Assembly: GCA_041946775.1 (NCBI GenBank)
Contig: JBHGBA010000003.1
Coordinates: 111,969-175,968, forward strand
Source of the DNA: Terriglobales bacterium
GTDB lineage: Bacteria > Acidobacteriota > Terriglobia > Terriglobales > Acidobacteriaceae
DNA: 64,000 bases
Direction of reading: 5' to 3'
The notes under the pieces are model-generated. The model did not search any database. It had not been told where the DNA came from and saw nothing but the letters and a program-made list of their open reading frames with translations. The translations under genes and the position numbers were made by a program. The number at the start of each line of letters is the position of its first letter. Position 1 is the stretch's first letter. This document shows positions 16,471 to 25,512 of the stretch, one piece after another.

Positions 16471-16738
16471 TTGAGATATGCGAGTGACTCAGGGATCGAA
16501 GAAGAGACGCTCCAGCAATGTGATTCGGCGAAGTGTGTCTCTGTCGCAGGATTGATAAGAAGGTCCGAGTGATTGCCGGACGGCCGGCTCAACGCGCTAG
16601 AGGCAAGAAGCTGGAGTGACGATGGCAGCAACTCGCAGCGTCAGGTGCAGAAAGGACTCACCCAACACTTGACGGTTTTCAGCAGCACTTCTACGGGCAT
16701 TGCCGACGGTCGGGATGCCAAACCAGAGTTGCGGCACG

Positions 16739-16963
16739 CTAGTCGTTCACGAAAGCCGCAAAGATGATCGCGATCAAGCCGATTCCCACCATGGTCGCGA
16801 TTGCGATCATCCAGATGGGATATCCGGGCCCGTCGGCTGTGGTGAAGAACCAGGCCGCCTCGCCGGCAAGAGCCAATGCAATGATCGCGAGGACGGTCAC
16901 GAGCCATACGTAGTATCTGGGATTGTGACCCGCCGTCCGGAGTGTACCACTCTGCCTCGGCAT
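16739..16963 (-). CDS. small two-TM membrane protein
   Basis: MPRQSG... has two hydrophobic helices and no recognised family. Confidence 0.4.
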   Translation of the reverse strand: MPRQSGTLRTAGHNPRYYVWLVTVLAIIALALAGEAAWFFTTADGPGYPIWMIAIATMVGIGLIAIIFAAFVND

Positions 16964-17068
16964 GTGTAGCCCCTGATGCACCTGGTTCGACCCTTCGACC
17001 CAGGGTGCCTATCTAGCCTGAGAACGTGATGCCTGCAATACCGGAGTGGTTGCTGCGGTACGGTCATA

Positions 17069-17090
17069 ATGTCACAGCCCCGTGTGACAT
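17069..17090. promoter_or_regulatory. palindrome ATGTCACA-N6-TGTGACAT upstream of the oxidase operon
   Basis: Perfect 8-bp inverted repeat about 80-100 bp upstream of the coxB ATG. Confidence 0.3.
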
Positions 17091-17171
17091 ACAACCAACC
17101 GTTTGGGCCGCAGCTACATCCAACCAATCCCAAACTGCTGTTTCGGGAACGGCCACCCGGAGGGGCTCGGC

Positions 17172-17978
17172 ATGGGTCTCGCGCTTCTGGCGATCATCTG
17201 GATCATCACCTTCCTGAGCACCTACTTTTTCGTTGCAAAAACCTGGTGGTTGCCGGCGGCGGCATCCGCCGCGGCGCCGGCGATCGATGACCAGTTCACC
17301 AGAACGTTTATCGCCATGGGGGTGGTGTTCGTGCTCGCTCAGTTCGCCCTGGGCTATTTTGCCTGGCGATACCGCAGCCGGCCCAATGCACCCCCCGCCG
17401 ACTACTCGCACGGCAACACCCGGCTCGAAATCCTTTGGACGGCGCTGACCGCCATTTTGTTTATCGGGCTGAACCTCTCGGGAACGGCGATCTGGGCCTC
17501 CGAGCGCTTCAAGCCCGCCGGCAGCGACGCTGTTCCCGTGGAAGTTACCGGCATGCAGTTCGCCTGGTACTTCCGCTATCCGGGTACCGACGGCAAGTTT
17601 GGCAAGACCGATCCGCGCTACATTGATCCTTCGGCAGGGAACGAAGCGGCCATTGGGCTGGACACGAGGGACGACGCCGCCAAAGATGATATCGTCGCCG
17701 GCACCATGTACGTTCCAGTGAATCGGCAGGTGGACCTCACCTTGCGTGCGGTGGACGTGATTCACAGTTTCTTCGTGCCCTCGATGCGTTTCAAGCAGGA
17801 TGCGGTCCCCGGCCTCGCGGTCCGCATGCATTTCACGCCCACCGAGATCGGCGACTACGAGATTGCCTGTGCCGAGCTTTGCGGCCTGGGTCACTACAAG
17901 ATGCACGGCACGCTGAAAGTCGTCAGCCAGGAGGACTTCGATAAGTGGCTGGCGTCCAGGGAAGCGGAGAAACAATAG
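17172..17978 (+). CDS. coxB: cytochrome c oxidase subunit II
   Basis: GGAGG RBS, two N-terminal TM helices and the CuA motif HSFFVP...CAELCGLGHYKMHG. Confidence 0.9.
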   Translation: MGLALLAIIWIITFLSTYFFVAKTWWLPAAASAAAPAIDDQFTRTFIAMGVVFVLAQFALGYFAWRYRSRPNAPPADYSHGNTRLEILWTALTAILFIGLNLSGTAIWASERFKPAGSDAVPVEVTGMQFAWYFRYPGTDGKFGKTDPRYIDPSAGNEAAIGLDTRDDAAKDDIVAGTMYVPVNRQVDLTLRAVDVIHSFFVPSMRFKQDAVPGLAVRMHFTPTEIGDYEIACAELCGLGHYKMHGTLKVVSQEDFDKWLASREAEKQ

Positions 17979-17980
17979 AG

Positions 17981-19714
17981 ATGGCGACGACGGCTGCCCC
18001 GCATGCGCACGCGGCCCCAAGCGGGTTCGTGCGTAAATACATTTTCAGCACCGACCACAAGGTGATCGGACTTCAGTATTACTTTCTGGCTCTGGCCGCC
18101 GTGTTTATCGGCATGTTCCTGTCAGTGCTAATGCGCATCAACCTGATCTGGCCGGGCGCGAATGTGCCGCTCTTCGGCGAAATCAAGCCGGAAACTTACC
18201 TCGCCCTGCTCACTATGCACGGCACCATCATGGTGTTCTTCGTGCTCACTACGGCGCCGCAGGGCGGATTCGGCAACTACTTTCTGCCGCTCCAGATCGG
18301 CGCTCCCGACATGGCCTTTCCCGTCCTGAACATGCTGTCGTTCTGGACCACGTTCCTTGCCTTTCTGGTGCTGCTGGCGGCTTTTTTCGTTAGCGGCGGC
18401 GCTCCCCTGCACGGATGGACCGGCTATCCGCCGCTAAGCGCAGTGCCCGCGGCAGGACCCGGCGAGCACTTGGGCGCTGACCTGTGGGTGACCAGCATTG
18501 CCTTGTTCTGCATTGCCTCGCTGATGGGGGCCCTGAACTTCATCACCACCACGCTGGATATGCGCGCCCGGGGCATGACCCTGACGCGCCTGCCGTTGAC
18601 CGTGTGGTCGTGGTTCATCACTGCCATTCTCGGCCTGCTGGCGTTCGGCGTCCTGCTCTCCGCGGGAATTCTTCTGCTGCTCGACCGGAACCTGGGGACG
18701 AGCTTCTATGTTCCGCTGGTGGTAGTGAACGGCCAGGTCATGGGGCACAAAGGCGGATCGCCACTGCTGTGGCAGCACCTATTCTGGTTCTTTGGACACC
18801 CGGAGGTCTACATTGCCATTCTGCCGGGCATGGGTGTCGCTTCGCAGGTACTCTCGACGTTCTCCCGCAAGCCCATCTTCGGCTATCGCGCGATGGTTTA
18901 CGCCATGCTGGCCATCGGCCTGCTCGGGTTCATGGTGTGGGGCCACCACATGTTCATGAGCGGGATGAGCCCATATTCGGCCTTTGCGTTCTCGCTGATG
19001 ACCATGGCGATCGGCGTGCCTTCGGCGATCAAGACCTTCAACTGGCTGGGAACGATGTACGGCGCACGCATCCGTTTCCACACGCCAATGCTGTTCGCTA
19101 TCGGCTTCGTGTCGCTGTTTGTCTCCGGCGGGCTGAGCGGGCCTTTCCTGGCGCAACCCCCGCTCGATATTCCGCTGCACGACACGTATTTCGTGGTCGG
19201 GCATTTCCACCTGATCATGGGTGTGGCGGCGATCTTCGGCATTTTTGCGGCGACCTATTACTGGTTTCCGAAGATGTTCGGCCGCATGATGAGCGAAAAG
19301 CTCGGGCGCCTGCACTTCTGGGTCACGTTCATCGGCACCTACGCGATCTTCATGCCGATGCACTACCTGGGGTTGGCGGCGCACCCGCGGCGCTACTCGC
19401 AGCTTACCGAACTCAAGTATCTGCACGACCTCCTGCCGTTGCAGACGTTCATGACCTATGCGGCATTCGTCACCATTGGCATTCAGTTCGTCTTCCTGTT
19501 CAACCTGTTTTGGAGCATGAAGAAGGGAAGAAGGGCCAGCGACAACCCCTGGGAAGCGACGACGCTGGAATGGACGACCGCGACGCCGCCGCCACACGAT
19601 AATTTTGGCGGCCACACACCGATGGTCAGTCATGGGCCGTACGAATACAGCGTGCCCGGTGCGCCGCGGGATTACGTCATGCAGACTGATCCTGTGACGG
19701 TGACATCACACTAG
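17981..19714 (+). CDS. ctaD: cytochrome c oxidase subunit I
   Basis: WFFGHPEVYIAILPGMG, GHHMFMSGM and VVGHFHLIM motifs of haem-copper oxidase subunit I. Confidence 0.95.
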   Translation: MATTAAPHAHAAPSGFVRKYIFSTDHKVIGLQYYFLALAAVFIGMFLSVLMRINLIWPGANVPLFGEIKPETYLALLTMHGTIMVFFVLTTAPQGGFGNYFLPLQIGAPDMAFPVLNMLSFWTTFLAFLVLLAAFFVSGGAPLHGWTGYPPLSAVPAAGPGEHLGADLWVTSIALFCIASLMGALNFITTTLDMRARGMTLTRLPLTVWSWFITAILGLLAFGVLLSAGILLLLDRNLGTSFYVPLVVVNGQVMGHKGGSPLLWQHLFWFFGHPEVYIAILPGMGVASQVLSTFSRKPIFGYRAMVYAMLAIGLLGFMVWGHHMFMSGMSPYSAFAFSLMTMAIGVPSAIKTFNWLGTMYGARIRFHTPMLFAIGFVSLFVSGGLSGPFLAQPPLDIPLHDTYFVVGHFHLIMGVAAIFGIFAATYYWFPKMFGRMMSEKLGRLHFWVTFIGTYAIFMPMHYLGLAAHPRRYSQLTELKYLHDLLPLQTFMTYAAFVTIGIQFVFLFNLFWSMKKGRRASDNPWEATTLEWTTATPPPHDNFGGHTPMVSHGPYEYSVPGAPRDYVMQTDPVTVTSH

Positions 19715-19715
19715 G

Positions 19716-20423
19716 GTGAATATGCCTGTTTCGCCTCCGGCAGTTGCGGTTGGTCGAGGCGGCGACGGCGGCGGGTTCAACCGCCCCGTCGCTGCGGATT
19801 ACGGAGGCCGCTTGCGGCGCGCGCGCCTGGGTATGGCGGTCGCGCTTACGCCGATACTCATGCTGTTTGTGGCATTCACCAGCGCCTACATCGTGCGGCA
19901 AGGCCTGCCCGTGCTGGATGACCGCTCCGGCACATACGTTCGCGACTGGATGGCGGTCAGTCTGCCCATCGGCATCCTGCTTGTGAATACTGCCTTGCTG
20001 GTGATCAGCAGCGTCAGCATGGAAATGGCGCGCCGGCACATTGCGAAGCAGGTGGCACTGGCCGGCATCGGACGGATTCCCGGTGTGGTCCTGGGCGATG
20101 AACGCGCATTTCCATGGCTCGGAACCACGGCAGGTCTCGGCCTGGCTTTTCTCGGAGGGCAGTCCATCGCCTGGCGCGAGTTGGCGCATCGCGGCTTTTA
20201 CTTGGCGACGACTCCGAGCAGTTCGTTCGTGTACCTGTTGACCGTCAGTCATGCCGTTCACCTGGCAGGTGGATTGGCTGCGCTGCTGTATGCGGTGGCG
20301 ATGTCTGCGCTCGGCAAGTCTATCGAGTCACGATTAATTGTGGTGGACACCACCGCCTGGTACTGGCACTTCATGGCCGCGCTATGGATTTACATCTTTG
20401 TGCTCTTGCAGGTGGCGAGATAG
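19716..20423 (+). CDS. cytochrome c oxidase subunit III-like protein (first of two)
   Basis: Polytopic protein ending WYWHFMAALWIYIFVLL, like the Cox3 C-terminus. Confidence 0.7.
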   Translation: MNMPVSPPAVAVGRGGDGGGFNRPVAADYGGRLRRARLGMAVALTPILMLFVAFTSAYIVRQGLPVLDDRSGTYVRDWMAVSLPIGILLVNTALLVISSVSMEMARRHIAKQVALAGIGRIPGVVLGDERAFPWLGTTAGLGLAFLGGQSIAWRELAHRGFYLATTPSSSFVYLLTVSHAVHLAGGLAALLYAVAMSALGKSIESRLIVVDTTAWYWHFMAALWIYIFVLLQVAR

Positions 20424-20444
20424 GGCACGGGGAGAAGTTAAACG

Positions 20445-21242
20445 ATGGCTGACATTGCGGTGCAACACGGAACGGTGGAAGTTTACGAGCCATCGTTGTT
20501 TGGCACCTATTCCAAGAAGATCGGGATGTGGCTGTTCCTGCTCTCCGACTCGCTGACGTTCGGGGCGCTGCTGTTCGCCTACACCTACGGTCGAATCTCG
20601 ATCCCTAACTGGCCCACGCCATTCCACTCCCAGAGCATAGTGACTGCAACGGTCATGACGGCGTTCCTGCTGACCAGTTCGTTGACCATGGTGCTCGCCG
20701 TCCGGGCCGCCGTACAGCGCAATGGGAAAATGCAGCGGATCTATCTGCTGGCCACCATGGCGTGCGGAACCGCATTCATTGTGCTGCACGGACTGGAGTG
20801 GAGCACCCTGATCGCCGAGGGCCTGACGCTGCCTGTTTTTCCCGAGGTCCCGGGACACAAAGTCGCCGAGGAGCTTGCCAATATCGCACAGACCGTGCCG
20901 CAGTTCCCGGCCACATTCTTCGGCCTGACCGGCATGCACATGCTGCACGTGACTATCGGCGTGATCTACCTGGGGGTCATCGCGCTGGGGCGGAAGTTTG
21001 TCCCCATCCTGCTCGGCCTGTGGCTGCTGGCATGGCTGGCCACGCCCGTATATAACCCGTTCCACTACGGCGCCCACGTGCTGCTGCCGGGTGCGGTGAT
21101 TGCTGGAATGATCGTTTGGCTGAAACCGAAGCGGTACAGCTCAGGCGACGTTGAAGTCGCGGGACTTTACTGGCACTTCGTGGACCTGGTGTGGATGTTC
21201 ATTTTCCCGCTGGTGTACCTGATGTCTGCCAGGATCGTGTAA
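20445..21242 (+). CDS. ctaE: cytochrome c oxidase subunit III
   Basis: GMWLFLLSDSLTFGALLFAY and GLYWHFVDLVWMFIFPLVYL motifs. Confidence 0.85.
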   Translation: MADIAVQHGTVEVYEPSLFGTYSKKIGMWLFLLSDSLTFGALLFAYTYGRISIPNWPTPFHSQSIVTATVMTAFLLTSSLTMVLAVRAAVQRNGKMQRIYLLATMACGTAFIVLHGLEWSTLIAEGLTLPVFPEVPGHKVAEELANIAQTVPQFPATFFGLTGMHMLHVTIGVIYLGVIALGRKFVPILLGLWLLAWLATPVYNPFHYGAHVLLPGAVIAGMIVWLKPKRYSSGDVEVAGLYWHFVDLVWMFIFPLVYLMSARIV

Positions 21243-21252
21243 GGAGCCGGGG

Positions 21253-21594
21253 ATGGAAGCGATTCAAGCTACGCTCGAAGCACAGGTTGCCGAACAACAC
21301 CGTCACCATCGCGCGACTCCGTTCTTCTATGTGTGGGGCACGCTGCTCCTTTTAACGGCCATTGAGGTTTACCTGGCGTACCAGCATCTGCCGCCGATAC
21401 GCATGCTTTCGCTGCTCATGGGGCTTTCCATTCTGAAAGCCGGCCTGATCATCGCCTATTTCATGCACATGAAGTACGAACTGTCGCGCATGCGTTGGCT
21501 TACCATGGCCTCGCTGGTGGTGTGCCTGTGCCTGATGCTGTTCTTTCTGCCGGACGCGTTCCGTCTGCTCAGCCTGGGAGTCAGTGCCCGATGA
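21253..21594 (+). CDS. prokaryotic cytochrome c oxidase subunit IV family protein
   Basis: 113 aa with 3 TM helices, the KAGLIIAYFMHMKYE motif and the expected position after subunit III. Confidence 0.75.
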   Translation: MEAIQATLEAQVAEQHRHHRATPFFYVWGTLLLLTAIEVYLAYQHLPPIRMLSLLMGLSILKAGLIIAYFMHMKYELSRMRWLTMASLVVCLCLMLFFLPDAFRLLSLGVSAR

Positions 21595-21848
21595 AATTGC
21601 GATTGGCCACGCTGCTGTTAATGCTGATGCTCTCGGCGGTACCTGCATGGGCGCAGGGCTGTGCCATGTGCATCAGCAGCGCCGCGGCATCGGGTAAACA
21701 AGGCCAGCGCGCCATCAATCGCGGTGTGTTGGTGCTGCTGGCTCCGCCGGTGGCTTTCATGACGGTTGGCGTGGGGCTGGCATTCAGCTACAGCAAGAAG
21801 CGCGACCGCGACGGCGACGAAATGCCGGTGCCGACGGAGGAGGAATAG
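21591..21848 (+). CDS. small secreted/anchored protein with N-terminal CxxC (85 aa)
   Basis: Its ATG overlaps the subunit IV TGA (ATGA). Signal peptide ...AVPAWA-QGCAMC, one C-terminal TM helix and an acidic tail. Confidence 0.55.
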   Translation: MKLRLATLLLMLMLSAVPAWAQGCAMCISSAAASGKQGQRAINRGVLVLLAPPVAFMTVGVGLAFSYSKKRDRDGDEMPVPTEEE

Positions 21849-21856
21849 TTCTCATT

Positions 21857-22237
21857 ATGTGTGCGCAGCCAGCCAGCCAGAAAGCTGCGGGACTGGTGCC
21901 CGACGAGCTGAAGTTCGAGCCAAAATCCAAAGGCATCACCACCCCGCGCAAGAAGAAGCCAAAGGAACTGGCAGTGATCACCGAATGCTGCACCGGTTGC
22001 GCCGGTTCGCCCGCGTGCGTCGAATACTGCCCCGTCGAAGACTGCATGTTCTGGGTGCCGGACGAAGATAACCCGCCGTTCGGCCGCATTCAGGTGGATC
22101 CCATCCTCTGCATTGGCTGCAAGAAGTGCATCAGCAAAGGCCCGGATGGATGTTTTCTCGACGGCTGCCCGTGGGACGCAATTGTCATGGTGGATACCGG
22201 CGAGGTCGAGAAAGAAGTCGGAGTGATGCCGATTTGA
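21857..22237 (+). CDS. 4Fe-4S dicluster ferredoxin-domain protein with a lysine-rich N-terminus
   Basis: CCTGCAGSPACVEYCP and CIGCKKCISKGPDGC...CP cluster motifs. Confidence 0.75.
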   Translation: MCAQPASQKAAGLVPDELKFEPKSKGITTPRKKKPKELAVITECCTGCAGSPACVEYCPVEDCMFWVPDEDNPPFGRIQVDPILCIGCKKCISKGPDGCFLDGCPWDAIVMVDTGEVEKEVGVMPI

Positions 22238-22253
22238 TGGCGAAGGCCGAACG

Positions 22254-23183
22254 ATGAGCATAGCGACTCCGACCCTAGTAACTCTCCGCGCAAACTTTAG
22301 GCTTCGGCTGCGGGATTATTCCGAGCTGGTGAAGGCACGGGTGACCACGCTGATTGTGATGACGGCGTGGTGCGGATTCTACCTGGGAGCGAGAAAGTCT
22401 GGCGTCCCTTCCATCTCCTGGACGATGATGCACGCGCTCGCCGGCATTGCCTTGGTCGCCGGGGGAACGGCCGCCCTCAACGAAGTGATGGAGCGCGACT
22501 TGGATAGGCTGATGCGACGCACGGCCATTCGCCCCCTGGTGACGGGGCGAATGGGCCTGGCGCACGGACTTTGCATCGGTGTGGCGTTGGTGCTGGGCGG
22601 CAGCTTGTACATGTGGCTCACGACGAGCTGGCTTGCTGCGGCGCTGACCTTTGCCACTTCCGTGACGTATCTTGCGGCCTATACGCCCCTCAAGCGCGTG
22701 CACCCGATTTGTACATTTGTCGGCGCATTTCCCGGCGCCATGCCACCGCTGCTCGGTTGGGCGGCGGTGCGCAGAGTCGAATGGGAGGCGTTGCTGCTGT
22801 TCGGCATCGTGTTCTGCTGGCAGTTCCCGCACTTTCACTCGATCGCGTGGCTCTATCGCGAAGATTACGAGCGCGCCGGGATCCGCATGTTGCCGGTGGC
22901 GGATGGCGATGGCCGTTCGACCGCGCGCGAGATCGTCCTGTATCTCGGTGCGTTGCTACTGATGACCGTCGCTGTTTATGTGCTCGGTATCGCCGGCCGC
23001 GCGTACCTGGTTGCAGCCCTTGTGCTGGGCGCGGCGTTCTTCGTTGTCGGATGGCAATTGGCGATGAGCAAACTGACGCCGCAGGATGCAAGGTCCAAAC
23101 ATCTGGCGCGGCGTGTGCTGCAAGCCAGCGTGATCTACCTGCCTTTGCTATTTGCCATGATGATGATTGACGCAAGGCTGTAG
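22254..23183 (+). CDS. ctaB: protohaem IX farnesyltransferase (haem O synthase)
   Basis: UbiA-family motifs NEVMERDLDRLMRRTAIRP and FCWQFPHF. Confidence 0.9.
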   Translation: MSIATPTLVTLRANFRLRLRDYSELVKARVTTLIVMTAWCGFYLGARKSGVPSISWTMMHALAGIALVAGGTAALNEVMERDLDRLMRRTAIRPLVTGRMGLAHGLCIGVALVLGGSLYMWLTTSWLAAALTFATSVTYLAAYTPLKRVHPICTFVGAFPGAMPPLLGWAAVRRVEWEALLLFGIVFCWQFPHFHSIAWLYREDYERAGIRMLPVADGDGRSTAREIVLYLGALLLMTVAVYVLGIAGRAYLVAALVLGAAFFVVGWQLAMSKLTPQDARSKHLARRVLQASVIYLPLLFAMMMIDARL

Positions 23184-23202
23184 CGTCCCGCCGTGCAAAC
23201 TG

Positions 23203-24069
23203 CTATTGGTTCCGCTGGCGAATCGCCCTCTCCGTCTCTGCCGCCTGCCGGCGCACATGATCGGGGATGCCGGGCAGTTCGCGCTGGTATCGCGAGATGG
23301 CAGGCAAGTCGTCCGGCTGCCCAACGACGACCAGCGCGCGCAGCGCCTCCCACACCTGCTCGGTACCCGGATCGACAACGGCGATTTCGCTGCCAGCGTT
23401 CACGGCTTGCCCTTTGGAAGCGGAGAGTGAGCGCAGACGTCCAGTGATCGGCGAGCGAACCGTGATCGTTTGATCTTCAGCGTGCAACTTGGCAAGCACT
23501 CCACCCTGATGGATCAAAGTCCCGGGGAGAGCGGCATCGGCCAACTTGCCTGACTCTGGCGCTACCACTGTAGCCGGCTGGAGTAATGCCACGATGTGTG
23601 GTCGTCCGGCGGCGTCACCAAAGCGGACGAGCGCCAGCGCAGCATTGCCTCGCACAGCAGGCGAGTTGTCGTTGAGCATATTCAGCAGAGTCTGATGGAA
23701 CTCAGGGGACGAGGTGTCCTGGCCCATGACCCACGCGGCGGTGTTACGGATTTCCTCGACCCTGTACGTCCCCAACTGGGCGATCGCCGGATACCACTGG
23801 ACTATGTTGCGGTCGCGGCGCGCCATCCGCTCGCCGAGCTGCACGAGCGCATGTTGGATGTGGCGCGGGTGGGCGTCGTCGTGCAGATACTTATTCAGTT
23901 GCTTATCGGACAAAGTCCGGCCGAACCAGGTGTTCCACCAGAACAGCATCGGCATCAGCACGATCAGCCAGGCGGTCAAAAAAAACAGCATGCGGTTGCG
24001 GGCCGACAGACCATGCCGCGGATTGGCTGGGCTTGCAGCGCCGGTTACCTGGACAGAGGAGGTTTGCAT
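23203..24069 (-). CDS. membrane-anchored HEAT-repeat protein with a C-terminal lipoyl/biotinyl-like barrel
   Basis: The internal ATG lies 2 nt after the upstream stop. One TM helix. HEAT-like AAWVMGQD...SPAVRGNAALALVRFGD. C-terminus VRSPITGRLRSLSASKGQAVNAGSEIAVV. Confidence 0.55.
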   Translation of the reverse strand: MQTSSVQVTGAASPANPRHGLSARNRMLFFLTAWLIVLMPMLFWWNTWFGRTLSDKQLNKYLHDDAHPRHIQHALVQLGERMARRDRNIVQWYPAIAQLGTYRVEEIRNTAAWVMGQDTSSPEFHQTLLNMLNDNSPAVRGNAALALVRFGDAAGRPHIVALLQPATVVAPESGKLADAALPGTLIHQGGVLAKLHAEDQTITVRSPITGRLRSLSASKGQAVNAGSEIAVVDPGTEQVWEALRALVVVGQPDDLPAISRYQRELPGIPDHVRRQAAETERAIRQRNQ

Positions 24070-24071
24070 GG

Positions 24072-24338
24072 TTAATCCGTGACGTCCGCGTCGAGCACGC
24101 GGTTTTGTTTGAGGTAATGCGAAACGGCGTATTGCGCCAGCAGCGGCGTTTGCAGCCGGATTTGCGCGCCGATCCACTCGCCCGGCGAATGCGCAGCGTG
24201 CGGCGGGTGATTGCAGCCGCCAGTTCCGAATCGCGCGCCAAAGCTGGCGCTTTCGATCTGGTCGAAGTGGCGGATCTGGCCCCACACCTCATCGCCCACA
24301 GTGCCCGATACGTCAATCTTTAGGTTTACCAATGCCAT
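24072..24338 (-). CDS. hypothetical protein (88 aa)
   Basis: GC-rich third codon positions. It is tightly spaced within the operon (15 nt and 2 nt gaps). Contains GGCNHPPHAAH. No recognised family. Confidence 0.5.
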   Translation of the reverse strand: MALVNLKIDVSGTVGDEVWGQIRHFDQIESASFGARFGTGGCNHPPHAAHSPGEWIGAQIRLQTPLLAQYAVSHYLKQNRVLDADVTD

Positions 24339-24353
24339 TTATGCCCGCCGCAA

Positions 24354-24704
24354 TCAGGTGGCAGTGGTCTGTTTCGCCTTGGGTCTTGCGGCCTTCTTGC
24401 GGCGGTTCCAGTATTTGCGAGCTTCCCAAAGAGGGTTGATCAGCAGGATCCCGGACAAGGTCAGCAGGATAAGGCCCATGAACAGGCCGTCAACCGTGGA
24501 CAGCCAGCCGCTCCAGATGATCCATCCAATCCCGACCAGGGGGATCAACCCGAGTACGATTGAGAGCACCAAGATCACCACCGAACCCAGGCCGCGCGCG
24601 GCTTGGTCGCCGCGCGCCGACTCATCTGCCGCCGCTGGGCGAACCGGCCGCTCCGCTCCACTTGCTGTCTGCGGCGCTTGAAAGCTACTGTTTAAAACTG
24701 ACAT
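24354..24704 (-). CDS. small polytopic membrane protein
   Basis: MSVLNSS... has about 3 TM helices and a basic tail. Its start overlaps the upstream gene by 20 nt. Confidence 0.5.
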   Translation of the reverse strand: MSVLNSSFQAPQTASGAERPVRPAAADESARGDQAARGLGSVVILVLSIVLGLIPLVGIGWIIWSGWLSTVDGLFMGLILLTLSGILLINPLWEARKYWNRRKKAARPKAKQTTAT

Positions 24705-25461
24705 CCACTGTCTTCGTATCCTTTGCCGCCAACGCGACCGACTGGGTCTGCTCCCCGAGTCGTTCGTGGACAAACGCCAGCGTGTAGTTACCCGGCGGCA
24801 GGCCCTTGATCTCGAACTTGCCGTCCTTGTCGGTTACCGCGAAGAACGGGTGCTTCACCACGTTGAGGTACATCTTCATCCAGGGGTGCTGATTGCACCT
24901 GACCGGCAACATGATTTCCTCGCGGGCGAAGCTCTTGTTGATCGGCGGCGATTTCGGCGCTTGCGATTCGTTCCACTCGCGGTTGTCCTTGGGGGTGGGA
25001 TGAATGTTATGCGTGGTCGGATCGTCGTTGAAGATTTGTATCTCCTGACCGGTCATCAGGCCGAGCACGTGGGGATGGTACCGGCAGTTCTCCTGGTGAA
25101 TGGCTGCCGGTTCTTTCGGCGCCTCGAAATTGCGGTCGCCAAGCCCGTCCTTTACGTATACGAACACATTGGCCAGCTTGCCACCGTCCGCAACGATGGT
25201 CTCAGTCGTGTTGGTACCCTTGCAGGCGGCATCCTGGCTCATGTCGAGCTTCTGCGGCTTGGGCGGTGTGCCGTCAAACTTCACGTTTCCGGTCACTACG
25301 GCGGCGGTGGCCGGATCAATAGGAGTGGCCGGAGCTGCCGGAGCCGCTCTTTCTGCTGCATTGGATGCTTGTTCGGTGCTCTCCTTCTTGCTGCAGCCCA
25401 TCAAGAGCGCGAGCGCAAGCAGGCAGAGTCCCAAGATTGCTAGCCACGCCTTGGCTTTCAT
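24685..25461 (-). CDS. lipoprotein with a cupredoxin-like (type-1 copper) site and a C-terminal Ig-like/carboxypeptidase-regulatory-like domain
   Basis: Lipobox LLMGC. THNIHP ... CNQHPWM gives a His / Cys-x2-His-x2-Met ligand pattern. C-terminus DKDGKFEIKGLPPGNYTL. Confidence 0.6.
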   Translation of the reverse strand: MKAKAWLAILGLCLLALALLMGCSKKESTEQASNAAERAAPAAPATPIDPATAAVVTGNVKFDGTPPKPQKLDMSQDAACKGTNTTETIVADGGKLANVFVYVKDGLGDRNFEAPKEPAAIHQENCRYHPHVLGLMTGQEIQIFNDDPTTHNIHPTPKDNREWNESQAPKSPPINKSFAREEIMLPVRCNQHPWMKMYLNVVKHPFFAVTDKDGKFEIKGLPPGNYTLAFVHERLGEQTQSVALAAKDTKTVDVSFKQ

Positions 25462-25512
25462 ACTGGTTGTGCCCCTTTCAAGCTTTCAAGATCGTGTAAT
25501 TACCTTTTCGTC

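Noticed and set aside
19716-21242. Two consecutive subunit III-like oxidase genes as a possible duplication or pseudogene
   Set aside because: Both ORFs are intact, differ substantially in sequence and keep the WYWHF C-terminal motif. They look like a genuine two-gene arrangement rather than decay.
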